Assembly: GCA_965262725.1 (NCBI GenBank)
Contig: OZ253555.1
Location: forward strand, 1,120,001 to 1,184,000
Origin: Dehalococcoidia bacterium
GTDB taxonomy: Bacteria > Chloroflexota > Dehalococcoidia > UBA2979
Direction of reading: 5' to 3'
DNA: 64,000 nt
The notes beneath the pieces were generated by a model. It did no database searches. It had not been told where the DNA came from and worked only from the letters and a program-made list of their open reading frames with translations. How positions within the stretch are numbered: the stretch's first letter is position 1; every line of letters starts with the position of its first letter. The position numbers and the translations under genes were made by a program. Shown in pieces: positions 1 to 10,150 of the stretch.

Positions 1-287
1 CGCTGATCCTGATGCTCGTCGTCTTCGGCACGGCGATCGACGGCCGCGGGCCCAAGCTCGGCGGATTCGCGATCGGCCTGACGATCACGCTCGACATCCT
101 CTTCGGCGGGCCGTTGACCGGCGCTGCGATGAACCCGGCCCGGGCGTTCGGTCCGGCGCTCGCGCAGCTGTCGTGGGATAGCCATCTCGTCTACTGGATC
201 GGGCCGCTAGTTGGCGCCGTGGCGGGTGCCCTGATCTACCACTACGTCTTCATGCCCGACGAAGAGGAGGTCATGGCCACCGGCTGA
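1..287 (+). CDS. MIP/aquaporin family channel (5' truncated by window edge)
   Basis: GPLTGAAMNPARAFGPAL second NPA motif and the YWIGPLVGA C-terminal signature. Confidence 0.9.
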   Translation, partial: LILMLVVFGTAIDGRGPKLGGFAIGLTITLDILFGGPLTGAAMNPARAFGPALAQLSWDSHLVYWIGPLVGAVAGALIYHYVFMPDEEEVMATG

Positions 288-491
288 TCCGCGGTACGCC
301 GCGGCCGCACCCACAGAAACCAGCATCTGCCCCACCCAACTACCCCCGCCGCGCGGCAGATGTCTGGTCAGAGAGCGGGCCTCGGTGGCCCGCTCTCGCT
401 CTCTCTGGCGCGATGGCACCGAGGGGCCGGCCTCGGGCAAAACGCTCCGCGACCTGGCACGCCGCCGCGGCGCGCGTGCGGTTGATCGTGA

Positions 492-995
492 CTACCGGCC
501 GGTCGAGCCGTGACCTCCCGCCCCTCGAGACGTCGCGTCGAGCTCGGAGACGACTCTCCAGTTGACGGGCTCGAGGCGCGCCACGACGAGCTGCGCGATG
601 CGGTCGCCGTCTCGCAGCATATGTCCCTCGGAGCCGGGCAGGCAGTACATGGTCACGAACAGCTCTCCGCGGTAGTCCGCGTCAAGCGTTCCGAGGGTCG
701 TCATAACGCCGCGCAGCGAGAGCCCGGAGCGCGGCCGGATCTGGACATCCACCCCCGGGGGAGCGCCGACGGCGAGCCCGGTCGGTACCATCGTGGGCGA
801 TGCGCGGAGTCGGAGGTGGCCGCCCTCCAGGCAGGCATGCAGGTCGTAGCCCGACGCGAGGGCGCTCTGGCGCTCGGGCAGGCGCGCGCCCGGACGCAGG
901 AGCACGACGTCAAGCGTCGGCTCGCCGGTGCCGGGCACCGTCTCTGGTGAGCGCGCGCCCACCTCCGCGTGGTGGGTGCGTCCGGTCGTGGTCAT
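492..995 (-). CDS. dut: dUTP diphosphatase
   Basis: Motifs ASGYDL, PRSGLS, GTLDADYRGE, GDRIAQLV, RGAGGHGSTG; start taken at ATG 995. Confidence 0.93.
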   Translation of the reverse strand: MTTTGRTHHAEVGARSPETVPGTGEPTLDVVLLRPGARLPERQSALASGYDLHACLEGGHLRLRASPTMVPTGLAVGAPPGVDVQIRPRSGLSLRGVMTTLGTLDADYRGELFVTMYCLPGSEGHMLRDGDRIAQLVVARLEPVNWRVVSELDATSRGAGGHGSTGR

Positions 996-1105
996 CGCAG
1001 GGCACGCTAGCGGGCAGCGTCCCGCCCGGGGGGCGACTGCCCACAGCCATATCGACGGCATGCGAACGCCGGGCGGCGATGATCCCGCGTGGCGGTGGGC
1101 GAGGG

Positions 1106-1618
1106 CTAGGTGGTCTGACGCTCGCGGGCGCGTGCGATGCCCTTCCCCTTCTTGGGGGTCAGCACCTCGATCGGGTAGATCGTCTTCTTGAGCATCTCGC
1201 GCGGCGGGTCGATGTAGATCGCCGCCCAGCCGCACGCCTCCTCACAGAGACGGCAGCCGACGCACTTCTTCGCGTCCACGATGGTGATCCCGTAGAAGTC
1301 GTGGCTGTTGGGCGCGTCGGAGAGAGAGAGGGCATCGAACGGGCAGATGTTGATGCAGAGTTCGCAGCCAGAGCCGATGCAATTCTCCTCGACGACCTTC
1401 GCGAGGGGAAGCTCCTTCCGCGGGAAGGTGCGGCAGATGTCACCGATCTCGTCGAGGATCGCCTCCGGCGGGCACACGGCTCCGCACGCACCGCAGTCGA
1501 TGCACAGCTCGGGGTCGATGACGTGCAACTCGTCCCGCAGCCCGGTGATCGCCTCGACGGGGCACTTCAGGGTGCACGCTGTGCAGCCGATGCAGGTCTC
1601 GATGATGGTGTAGGTCAC
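1106..1618 (-). CDS. Polyferredoxin (four 4Fe-4S motifs)
   Basis: CIGCTACTLKCP, CIDCGACGAVCP, CIGSGCELCINICP, CVGCRLCEEAC; AGGAGG RBS upstream. Confidence 0.9.
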   Translation of the reverse strand: MTYTIIETCIGCTACTLKCPVEAITGLRDELHVIDPELCIDCGACGAVCPPEAILDEIGDICRTFPRKELPLAKVVEENCIGSGCELCINICPFDALSLSDAPNSHDFYGITIVDAKKCVGCRLCEEACGWAAIYIDPPREMLKKTIYPIEVLTPKKGKGIARARERQTT

Positions 1619-1869
1619 GAGTCCTCCTGCGATGCCGCGCGCCGCTCACCCTGTGCGCGGTCAGGCTAGCATCGGCAGGTATGGCCAGCAAGAAAGGACC
1701 GGAGACCGGCGCACGCGGACATCCGACCGTACTCCGACGCGTCGACTGGGCCGCGCGGCCGAGGCGCCCGGCCTGAGGCGCCCGCGTGACCGGCATGAGT
1801 CCTATCCCGGTGTCCACGCCACCGGACGGCGCGGCCGCTGGTAGGATTTCGGGGCGGGAAGGGCGAGCG

Positions 1870-2730
1870 GTGGGGGTCACTGTCGGCGCGCACGTCTCAA
1901 GCTCGGGCGGCATATTCACGGCGGTCGAACGCGCGGTGGCGATCGAGGCGGAGGCCGTTCAGATCTTCCCCAGCGCGCCGCAGATGTGGCGGCCCACCAA
2001 CCACAAGCCCGAGGCCATCTCGCGGTTCCGCGAACTCCGCGAGCAGCACGGGATCGTCCAGGTGTGGCTCCACAACATCTACCTCGCGAACCTCGCGGCG
2101 GAGGATCCGGAGCAGCTGAGGAAGTCCGTCGATTCCGTCGTGAACGCGCTGCGCGTCGCCGATGCGATCGGCGCCGACGGTGTAGTCCTGCACACCGGTT
2201 CCCACCGGGGCCGTGGTTTCGACGCGGTGGTCGAGCAGGTGGTCCGCGCGCTCGAGCACATCCTCGAGGCGGCTCCGGGAGACGCTCTACTGGCGCTGGA
2301 GAACACCGCGGGACAGGGGGGCACGATTGGCGCGCGGTTCGCGGAGGTCGGCGTCCTCCTCCACGCCGTCGGCTCTGCTCGTCTCGCTCTCTGCTTCGAC
2401 ACCTGCCACGCGTTCGCCGCTGGCTACGATGTCGCCCGTCCGGAGGGGCTCGACGCCACGATGGAGGAGGTCGACCGGGAAGTGGGTCTCGATCGACTCG
2501 TCGTCGTGCACGCCAACGACGCGATGATGGAGCTGGGCAGCGGGCGGGACCGTCACGAGAATATCGGCGACGGGCACATCGGGCTCGACGGCTTCCACGG
2601 CCTGCTGGCGCACCCGGCGTTCGCCGATCGCGCGTTCATCTTGGAGGTGCCGGGCCTTCCCCCCGAAGGCGGGGGGAAGGCGGACGGTCCCGACGTCGAG
2701 AACGTGCGCCGCCTGCGCGCACTCCTTTAG
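1870..2730 (+). CDS. nfo: Endonuclease IV (AP endonuclease)
   Basis: VGAHVS, YLANLA, VVLHTGS, LENTAGQG, CFDTCHAFAAGYD, HAND, DRHENIGDGHIG; GTG start inferred. Confidence 0.93.
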   Translation: MGVTVGAHVSSSGGIFTAVERAVAIEAEAVQIFPSAPQMWRPTNHKPEAISRFRELREQHGIVQVWLHNIYLANLAAEDPEQLRKSVDSVVNALRVADAIGADGVVLHTGSHRGRGFDAVVEQVVRALEHILEAAPGDALLALENTAGQGGTIGARFAEVGVLLHAVGSARLALCFDTCHAFAAGYDVARPEGLDATMEEVDREVGLDRLVVVHANDAMMELGSGRDRHENIGDGHIGLDGFHGLLAHPAFADRAFILEVPGLPPEGGGKADGPDVENVRRLRALL

Positions 2731-3906
2731 GGATGGTCTGAACAACTCGCCTGAGGGAGTGAGCGGATGCGATCATGGGGCGACCCGGAGAGGGGTGCCT
2801 GATGCAACAGCGTTCGTTCGGCAGCGTCGAGTACGAGTACAAGAGGGTCAAGACGAAGCGGCAGACGTTCCTCGAGCGCATGGACAGGCTCGTCCCCTGG
2901 GCTGAGCTGGAGGAGCGCATCGCGCCCGTCTACCCGAAGCGCGGCCGCGGACGCCGCCCCTACCCGCTGCGGGTGATGCTACGCATCCACTGCCTCCAGC
3001 TGTGGTTCAACCTCAGCGACCCCGGCATGGAGCAGGAACTCTACGATTCCCGTTCGATGCTCGAGTTCGCCGGTCTCAGCCTCTCCGAGCCGATTCCCGG
3101 TGAGACGACGATCCTCCATTTCCGCCACCTGCTGGAGCGTCACCAGTTGGGAACGGCGCTGTTTGCCACGATCAACGCGCACCTCGCAGCGCGCGGTCTG
3201 CTGGTGCGCGAGGGGACGATCGTGGACTCCACGATCATCAGCGCGCCGTCATCGACGAAGAATCAGGAGCATGAGCGCGACCCCGAGATGCATCAGACCA
3301 GGAAGGGCCGGCAGTGGTTCTTCGGGATGAAGCTGCGCACCGGCACGGATGCGCGGACGGGGCTGGTCCACAGCGTGAGCACGACGGCGGCGAACGTCTC
3401 CGACGTGACCGAGGCGCATCGCCTGTTGCACGGAGGTGAGACCGCGGTGTGGGGCGATGCCGGCTACCAGGGAGCGGAGAAGCGCCCGGAGCACGCGCGG
3501 TCGGGGGTGAGCTGGCAGGTGGCGATGCGCCCGGGTGTGAGGCGGCAGCTGGTGCCAGGGGGCGATGAGGCACAGGCGGAGCGGCGGAAGGCCTCGGTGC
3601 GTGCGAAGGCTGAGCATCCGTTCCTCTACGTGAAGCGGCACTTCGGGTACGCGAAGGTCCGCTACCGGGGTCTTGAGAAGAACCGCCAGCGTCTCGCGCT
3701 GCTGCTCGGTTTCACGAACCTGCTGCGAGCCGAGCCTCAGCTCGCCTGATCGCGGGAGCGCTGCGTCCGGAATCGCTCGTGCGGGCGATCCCGCAGCGGA
3801 ATGGGAGCGGGATCGCCCCCTGCACCGCGGCATCGGCTCCCGCAGCGCAGCGCGGCACGCCGATCGGCCCGCACCGCGCCCGATACGCCACCTGTTCAGA
3901 CCATCC
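2731..3906 (+). mobile_element. IS5-family insertion sequence, complete (1176 bp)
   Basis: Perfect 14-bp TIRs GGATGGTCTGAACA (2731-2744) and TGTTCAGACCATCC (3893-3906); TTAG duplicated at 2727-2730 and 3907-3910. Confidence 0.95.
2802..3749 (+). CDS. IS5-family DDE transposase
   Basis: GRRPYPL..MLRIH, LSDPGME, IVDSTII, ERDPEMHQT, WGDAGYQG, KASVRAKAEHPF, KVRYRGL. Confidence 0.95.
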   Translation: MQQRSFGSVEYEYKRVKTKRQTFLERMDRLVPWAELEERIAPVYPKRGRGRRPYPLRVMLRIHCLQLWFNLSDPGMEQELYDSRSMLEFAGLSLSEPIPGETTILHFRHLLERHQLGTALFATINAHLAARGLLVREGTIVDSTIISAPSSTKNQEHERDPEMHQTRKGRQWFFGMKLRTGTDARTGLVHSVSTTAANVSDVTEAHRLLHGGETAVWGDAGYQGAEKRPEHARSGVSWQVAMRPGVRRQLVPGGDEAQAERRKASVRAKAEHPFLYVKRHFGYAKVRYRGLEKNRQRLALLLGFTNLLRAEPQLA

Positions 3907-4001
3907 TTAGCTCCTCGCCGCCGGTGAGCGGTCGCGTCCGTGCGCCGCTCGGCGCCGCTGCTCCGGCCGGTCCCGTGGCGGAAACGGAACGTGAGTCCGG
4001 T

Positions 4002-4364
4002 CTACGCGGACGGGCGGACCCGTCGAGCGTAGCCGGCGAGACTCAGGAACTCGTCCTCCCAGTGGAGCAGCTCCACCAGTACCTCGCGTGTGAGGGCGCC
4101 AGGCTTCACCGGCACGCCCTCGGCCTCGAAGCGATCGACGAGGTGAAGCGACATCGAGTGGTGGTCCATCTCGGGATCGTCGAAATCGGCCCGGACCACC
4201 CGTTCCAGCTCCATCATGAGGTCGACCAGCTCGGCGGGGACGAAGCCGCCCAGCTCCTCGGAGACCTGCTCGGCGATCCAGTCAGCGCCCTCTTCGGTGA
4301 GCCGCGGGGGCAACGCGCCGGAGTCGCCCGTCGCTGGCTCGTCCGCTCCCGGGGGCGGGGGCAT
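4002..4364 (-). CDS. Hypothetical acidic protein
   Basis: Protein-like composition; RBS GGAG; directly downstream of the CoA-transferase pair. Confidence 0.7.
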   Translation of the reverse strand: MPPPPGADEPATGDSGALPPRLTEEGADWIAEQVSEELGGFVPAELVDLMMELERVVRADFDDPEMDHHSMSLHLVDRFEAEGVPVKPGALTREVLVELLHWEDEFLSLAGYARRVRPSA

Positions 4365-4384
4365 CGCGCTCTCCTGCCCGGCCG

Positions 4385-5632
4385 CTACTGCAGGACCCCC
4401 TCGGCAACGAGATCCGCGATCTCGTCGGCCGAGAGGCCGAGCAGGTCGAGCGCCACCTCGAACGTGTGCTCGCCGAGCATCGGTGCGGCGCGCTCAAGCC
4501 CCACCGGACTCTCCGACATCTCCCATCCGGGGCCGTCGTACCAGCGCAGGCCGGCTTCGGCGTGCTCGAGCTGGACGAAGTAGCCCCGCTCGCGCACGTG
4601 CTGATCCTCCAGCACCTCGCGCGCGTTCTGGACGAGGCCCGCGGGGATGCCGGCGCGCTGGAGCCGGTGGACCAGCTCGTCGCCGTCCTGCTCGGCAGCC
4701 CATCCGGCGATCAACTGGTCGAGGCTGTCCTGGTTTGCGAGGCGGTCGTCGAGGGTGCGGAAGCGCGCATCATCCGCCCACTCCGGGTATCCGCAGATCT
4801 CGGCGGCGAGGGTGCGCCACTGCCCCTCGTCGAGGCAGGCGAGCGCCACCCAGCGGTCCGAACGATCGGGCGCATCCTGTGTTCGATAGGCCCCGTGGGG
4901 CGCGGCGTAGGGAACGCGGTTTCCGGCGCGCACGTAGGTGCCGCCTCCGTTGTCGTGGGCGAAGAGCGCCAGCGACATGGCGGCGATCGACGACTCGTCC
5001 TGCGAGACATCGATCATCTGGCCCTCGCCGGTCTTGCGCGCGTGGCGGAGCGCCGCGAGCGTGGCGATGTAGGCGTGCATCGGGTTGACGACGTAGTCGG
5101 GGTAGTTCGTGCCCACGCCTACGGGACGGTTCCCGGCGAAGCCGGAGAGGTAGTTCATTCCGCTGATCGCCGTGAGCATCGCGCCGAATCCCTGGAAGTC
5201 CTTGTGTGGGCCAGTGGTCCCCATCATCGGCATGTAGACGGCGACGAGGCGCGGGTTCTCGCGCGACACGACGTCCCACCCCATGCCGACCTGGCGCACG
5301 GCGCGGTTGGTCATGTTGGTGATCATCACGTCGGCCCAGCGAATGAGACTGAGACCCAGTTCATGACCGCGCTCGGTGGTGAGATCGATCGTGACCGATC
5401 GCTTGTTCGCGTTGTAGTTGTTGAAGTAGCCGGAGAGGTTGTAGCCGCGCGCGCCGCGCGGACGTGGCGCCATGGCGCGCAGCCCGTCGATGCGCTTGAC
5501 CGTCTCGACCTTGATGACATCCGCGCCGGCGGCGGCGAGCGCCCGTCCGGCGATCGGGCCGGCGCCGAACCACGAGAGATCCAGCACGTTGACGCCGGCG
5601 AGCGGCTTCCCGGTCGTGGGCGCACTCGTCAT
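4385..5632 (-). CDS. Family III CoA-transferase (CaiB/BaiF), probable catalytic subunit
   Basis: VLDLS..AGP, GADVIKVE, NANKRSVTIDL, NYPD, APMLGEHT. Confidence 0.92.
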   Translation of the reverse strand: MTSAPTTGKPLAGVNVLDLSWFGAGPIAGRALAAAGADVIKVETVKRIDGLRAMAPRPRGARGYNLSGYFNNYNANKRSVTIDLTTERGHELGLSLIRWADVMITNMTNRAVRQVGMGWDVVSRENPRLVAVYMPMMGTTGPHKDFQGFGAMLTAISGMNYLSGFAGNRPVGVGTNYPDYVVNPMHAYIATLAALRHARKTGEGQMIDVSQDESSIAAMSLALFAHDNGGGTYVRAGNRVPYAAPHGAYRTQDAPDRSDRWVALACLDEGQWRTLAAEICGYPEWADDARFRTLDDRLANQDSLDQLIAGWAAEQDGDELVHRLQRAGIPAGLVQNAREVLEDQHVRERGYFVQLEHAEAGLRWYDGPGWEMSESPVGLERAAPMLGEHTFEVALDLLGLSADEIADLVAEGVLQ

Positions 5633-6906
5633 GCCGTCACCTCCAGGGCTGCGATCTCGTCGTCGTCGAGACCGGCCTCAGCGAGTACCTCCGAAGTGTG
5701 CTCGCCGAGCAGCGGCGCGGGGCGGCGCAGCGTAGTCGGCGTCGCCTGCAGGCGGAAGGGGAAGCCGGGATAGCGCAGGGTCGCCCCCCGGGCGGCGTCC
5801 TCGATCTCCAAGAACCAGTCGCGTGCCAGGAGGTGCGGGTCGGCGGAGATGTCGGCCGGCGTTGCGATCAGGCCCACGAGTACCCGGCGCCTCTGCCCCT
5901 CCTCGTAGATGTAGCGAGCGGCGTGGGCGCGCATGAACGCGGTGACTAGCTGCTCCAGGTGGTCGAGAAAGCGCTGAACATCGGTGCGGCTCTCGTCGTC
6001 GGTCAGGAGGCGACGGAGGTTCGCGCCGTCCATCTGCGTCTGGATGAAACTCCAGTGCGGCTCATCTTTCAGGTCGCCGGCCTGTCCGTGCTCGTCCATC
6101 ATCTCGACGAGGCCGGCGAAGCCGGCGCCCGCCGTGCCGGTCGTCATGATGTAGACCATCCCCTCCCGGCACTCGTAGAGCCCGAACCCGGGGAGGTTCA
6201 TAGGGTTGACTTGGCTCGCCTCACCGAGTCGCTCGAGGATGACATCGCGGATGTCATAGTTCTGCAGCGCGGTCTCCTGGGCGATGCTGAGTGCCTCCTG
6301 CATCGAGACCTCGACGAGCTGTCCGGGTCCCCCGAGGTCGCGATGGAGCAGCGCCGTCAGCGTGCCGGCCACGGCGTCCAGAGAAGCGCAGTGGTAACCC
6401 TGGTGGTCGGGCAACGACTCGGGCGGGCCGTCGGGGAACCCCGCGAGGTTCATCACCCCCGACGTCGCGACGCCGACGATATCCGCGTAGGCCCACTCGG
6501 CGTGCGGGCCGCTCAGCCCGAAGCCGGTGATCGAGGTGTGGATCAGCGCCGGATTCGCCTCGCGCAGCTCGGCGTCGGTCAGGCGCAGCCGCCGCGCCTC
6601 CTGGGGCCGCCACGATTCGAGGACTATGTCGGCGCCCGCGACGAGGCGGAGAAGCGCCGCCCGGCCGCGCTCATGGTCGAGGTCGAGCAAGGCTCCGCGC
6701 TTGTTCGCGTTCAGCAGCAGGAACTGGAGCCCGCCCTCCAGCGGTGCGATCTGCGGAAGCGCGGGCCTGTAGCGGCGGGCGGCATCGCCCCCGGGAGGCT
6801 CCACCTTGATCACATCGGCGCCGAGATCGGCCAGTAGACGGCCCGCGTAGTGGCCGATCGGACCCGTGATGTCGAGCACACGCACGTCGGCGAGCGCTCC
6901 GCTCAC
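5629..6906 (-). CDS. Family III CoA-transferase (CaiB/BaiF), partner subunit
   Basis: LADLGADVIKVEPPGGD, NANKR, SITGFGLSGP, PAPLLGEHT; ATGA overlap with the next gene. Confidence 0.92.
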   Translation of the reverse strand: MSGALADVRVLDITGPIGHYAGRLLADLGADVIKVEPPGGDAARRYRPALPQIAPLEGGLQFLLLNANKRGALLDLDHERGRAALLRLVAGADIVLESWRPQEARRLRLTDAELREANPALIHTSITGFGLSGPHAEWAYADIVGVATSGVMNLAGFPDGPPESLPDHQGYHCASLDAVAGTLTALLHRDLGGPGQLVEVSMQEALSIAQETALQNYDIRDVILERLGEASQVNPMNLPGFGLYECREGMVYIMTTGTAGAGFAGLVEMMDEHGQAGDLKDEPHWSFIQTQMDGANLRRLLTDDESRTDVQRFLDHLEQLVTAFMRAHAARYIYEEGQRRRVLVGLIATPADISADPHLLARDWFLEIEDAARGATLRYPGFPFRLQATPTTLRRPAPLLGEHTSEVLAEAGLDDDEIAALEVTA

Positions 6907-7070
6907 GACTGCACCCGCGACCGTCCGCCGTTCATGCGCGCCTCCCTGAGCGGCGCCAGCTACTCCCAGGCCGCATTGGCAACGTGGGCGGGCGCCCGCC
7001 CATTCTGTTGGCGGCTGTGTGGGCCGTCAACGACGCACCAACGGTGATCATCGCGGGGACAAGCCTGACG

Positions 7071-7099
7071 TTGACGGGAAGATCACCCGAACCTAGGCT
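7071..7099 (+). promoter_or_regulatory. Putative sigma70 promoter for the MFS gene
   Basis: TTGACG (7071-7076), 17-bp spacer, TAGGCT (7094-7099) in a divergent intergenic region. Confidence 0.5.
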
Positions 7100-7196
7100 G
7101 GCGCAGCCTTCACGATCTCGGTCGTGTCGCGTTCGACGCGAGACGCGGCACCGGGCCACGCCAACACCGCGGAGCGGTTTCCACCCCGGACGAGGA

Positions 7197-8480
7197 TTGA
7201 GCGCCGTGCGCCTACCTGCCGACACCGGCCTCCGCGAACGCACCTTCGGGTCACTGCGTCACCGCGGATACCGGCTGCTCTGGTTCTCGATGCTCGCCTC
7301 GTTCGTCGGCAACCAGATGAGCATGGTGGCGCGCGGCTGGCTCGCGTTTCACCTGACCGGCGAGGCGAGCGCGATCGGCCTCGTGATGGTGGCGTGGGGA
7401 GTCCCGATGGCGGCGCTCGCGCTGATCGGCGGCGTGGTGGCGGATCGCTACAACAAGCGCCGCACGCTGCTCGGCACGCAGAGCGCGCAGGGGCTGATGG
7501 GCGTGGCCATCGCGATCTTGCTCTTCGCCGATGGGCTGGAACTGTGGCACCTCGTGGCATCCGGGTTCCTACAGGGCACGATGTTCGCCTTCATGGGGCC
7601 GACCCGGCAGGCTCTGCTTCCGCTGCTCGTGGGACCGAACCAGCTCGGCAACGCGATCGCGCTCAACAACGCGGCGATGAACCTCACGCGCATTCTGGGT
7701 CCCACCGCGGCCGGCATCCTGCTCGGCGTCGGCGGCGCGGCCTGGGTCTACGTGACTATGGCCTCCGCGTTCGCTCTGGTCGTGCTCCTGATCTGGCTCC
7801 TTCCCGACCCCGAAAGGGGCGCCGAGCACCGCGCCGCGCGCGCGGCGCAGGGCAGCGTGCTTGAGGAGATGGGGAAGGGGCTGCGCTACGTCTTCCACGA
7901 CAACCGGCTTCTCGCGTGGCTGATCGCGCTCGGGATGGTGCCGGTGATCCTCGGCTTTCCGTACCAGATGCTGCTCCCGGTCTTCCAGGAGGTCGTCTTC
8001 GAGGTCGAGCCATGGGGCCTTGGCGTCATGTACGGCGTCGGCGGCGTCGGCGCCCTCGTCGGTTCGCTTGTGGTCGCGGCCTACGCCGATCATCCGCGGG
8101 CGCCGCTGCTTCAGATCGCGGCGGGCGTCGGCTTTGGGGCCACGCTCGCCGCCTTCGCCTGGTCGCCGAGCTTCTGGGCGGCGCTGCCGCTCCTGGCCGT
8201 CGTCGGGCTGGTCTCGATGATGTTCATGTCGCTCAACAACACCCTCGTGCTCGGGGCCGCCGATCCGGGCTACCACGGGCGCGTGATGAGCATCTACATG
8301 ATGACGTTCTCGCTCGTGCCGCTCGGCGTGGTCCCGCTCTCTCTCGCGACCGACGCCTTCGGTGCGCCCGGCACGGTGGGCGCGTGCGGGATCGCGATCG
8401 CGGTGTTCATCGTGCTGATGGCGCGCCCGATGTTCGGGGCTGCCGAGCGCTCCCGCGTGCCGCACCCGGTGCGGAGTTAG
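7197..8480 (+). CDS. MFS transporter
   Basis: TFGSLRHRGYRLLW, GGVVADRYNKRR motif A, YHGRVMS, about 12 hydrophobic segments; start uncertain (TTG 7197 or GTG 7206). Confidence 0.9.
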   Translation: MSAVRLPADTGLRERTFGSLRHRGYRLLWFSMLASFVGNQMSMVARGWLAFHLTGEASAIGLVMVAWGVPMAALALIGGVVADRYNKRRTLLGTQSAQGLMGVAIAILLFADGLELWHLVASGFLQGTMFAFMGPTRQALLPLLVGPNQLGNAIALNNAAMNLTRILGPTAAGILLGVGGAAWVYVTMASAFALVVLLIWLLPDPERGAEHRAARAAQGSVLEEMGKGLRYVFHDNRLLAWLIALGMVPVILGFPYQMLLPVFQEVVFEVEPWGLGVMYGVGGVGALVGSLVVAAYADHPRAPLLQIAAGVGFGATLAAFAWSPSFWAALPLLAVVGLVSMMFMSLNNTLVLGAADPGYHGRVMSIYMMTFSLVPLGVVPLSLATDAFGAPGTVGACGIAIAVFIVLMARPMFGAAERSRVPHPVRS

Positions 8481-8627
8481 TCTCCTGCCGGCGTCCCGGC
8501 GGGCATAAGCTCGGCCCCGCCCGGCGGGTCGGCGCGCGGGCCACGCCGGGGGAGGCGCTGATGCGATGGCCCGGATCACCCCCGCGCAGAGCCGCGCGGA
8601 CCGGCGCCGTGGCGCCGAAGTCGGGTC

Positions 8628-9611
8628 TCAGCTCCCGAGACCGAGCGTCTCGATGAGCTCCCGCCATTCGCGGGGAGCGAGCCCGGAGCCCGGCCGCAGC
8701 GCCTCCGCTTCCTCCCGGCGGCCGGCGAGGAGTGCTCTGATCACGTCGAGCGCTCCCGCGGAGAGGTGCGCTCCCCCCAGCCGATAGTCGCAGAACGCCT
8801 CGTAGGCGGCGGGAACCCAGCGCCTCACCACCTCGTTCAGGATCGTCTCCGCATAGACCCGGATCTCGTACTGAGCGTGCGCGTCCGCCCGGAGGGAGAG
8901 GAAGTGCAGCAGGTTGTGCAGGTCCACCTTCCAGTACCATTGCGTGTAGAAGTTGAGGGAGATGCTCATGCGTGCGAGTTCGCGCGCGAGGCCGGACCGG
9001 TCGGGGTCGCGCGCACCGCCGCCGGGCCGCTCGTTCACGAGTTCCTCGTAGCGATCGTAGGCGCGCTCCGCATCCTCGCGCAGCAGCGCGAGGACCCGCC
9101 CCGCCTCCTCGCTTCCCATCAGCTCACCGCGCCCCTGCCGGTTGCTCGTGGACTGCTCCGCGAGCTGGGCCTCCTCCGGGACGTAAAACTCGCGGTCGAG
9201 GATGGAGTAGCGCGCCGAGTATTCATTGACGTTCGCGGTGCGGTGCCGGATCCACTGCCGCGCCACGAAGATTGGCAGCTTGACGTGCAGCTTGAGCTCG
9301 CACATCTCGAACGGTGTCGTGTGCCGGTGGCGCATCAGGTAGCGGATGAGCCCGCGGTCCTCGGAGACGCGACGCGTGCCCCGTCCGTAGGAGACGCGCG
9401 CCGCCTGGACGATCGCACCGTCGTCGCCCATGTAGTCGACGACGCGAACGAAGCCACGATCGAGGACCGGGAATGGGGTGTAGATCACGTCTTCGAGCGC
9501 AGGGACGGTGGCGCGCCTAGTCTCGCGGTGCTGCTCACGCAGCGCCTCCACCTCGATGCTCTGCTCCGGCGTCAGCCGTTCCTCGCCCGTTCTGCCGCTC
9601 CCCGCTCGCAT
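8628..9611 (-). CDS. thyX: FAD-dependent thymidylate synthase
   Basis: [27 protein letters not shown] ThyX motif, HAQYEIR. Confidence 0.95.
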   Translation of the reverse strand: MRAGSGRTGEERLTPEQSIEVEALREQHRETRRATVPALEDVIYTPFPVLDRGFVRVVDYMGDDGAIVQAARVSYGRGTRRVSEDRGLIRYLMRHRHTTPFEMCELKLHVKLPIFVARQWIRHRTANVNEYSARYSILDREFYVPEEAQLAEQSTSNRQGRGELMGSEEAGRVLALLREDAERAYDRYEELVNERPGGGARDPDRSGLARELARMSISLNFYTQWYWKVDLHNLLHFLSLRADAHAQYEIRVYAETILNEVVRRWVPAAYEAFCDYRLGGAHLSAGALDVIRALLAGRREEAEALRPGSGLAPREWRELIETLGLGS

Positions 9612-9711
9612 CGCTCTCTCGCCAGCCGACGCATTCTATCGGTGCGCGCGTTTCCCGCGAGCACGGCACCGCCCGGTCCTCACCGCCGACCGTGTCGGCT
9701 ACCATGCCGCC

Positions 9712-10149
9712 ATGGCGGTCGGAGCGGGCCGGATCCGCGGCGAAGTGGTCCAGCGGCAGGAGCTGCTGGACGGGACCGTTCACCTCGTGCTCGAGGGCGG
9801 TGCGGGCGGGCTGCACCTGTCGGCGACCTTCTCGTGGCGGCTCGCCGGGGCGGGCGACGTCGAGCTCCGGGAAGGCGATCTCACGCTGGAGGACGGCTCG
9901 GATCCCGACGCCGCGAGTGAGCTCTATGCGCTCCTGGACTCGGGGACGTGCAGGGCCGACCCGGAGTCCGGCGATCTCCGCATCGAGTGCCTCTACCTGG
10001 TCGACGGCGTCGTCGGCGAGTGGCTGGTGCTGGGAGGAGCCGGCCGGGAGAACGGGCGCCTGACCTGTCGATTCGAGGTCGCTGCTGCCGAGTGGGTGGG
10101 CGAACTGGACGTTCCGGCTCCCGAGCTCCCCGGCGTTCCGGTGGGCTAG
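9712..10149 (+). CDS. Hypothetical beta-rich protein
   Basis: Protein-like ORF divergent from thyX; its TAG stop is the IS481 target site. Confidence 0.65.
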   Translation: MAVGAGRIRGEVVQRQELLDGTVHLVLEGGAGGLHLSATFSWRLAGAGDVELREGDLTLEDGSDPDAASELYALLDSGTCRADPESGDLRIECLYLVDGVVGEWLVLGGAGRENGRLTCRFEVAAAEWVGELDVPAPELPGVPVG

Positions 10150-10150
10150 C

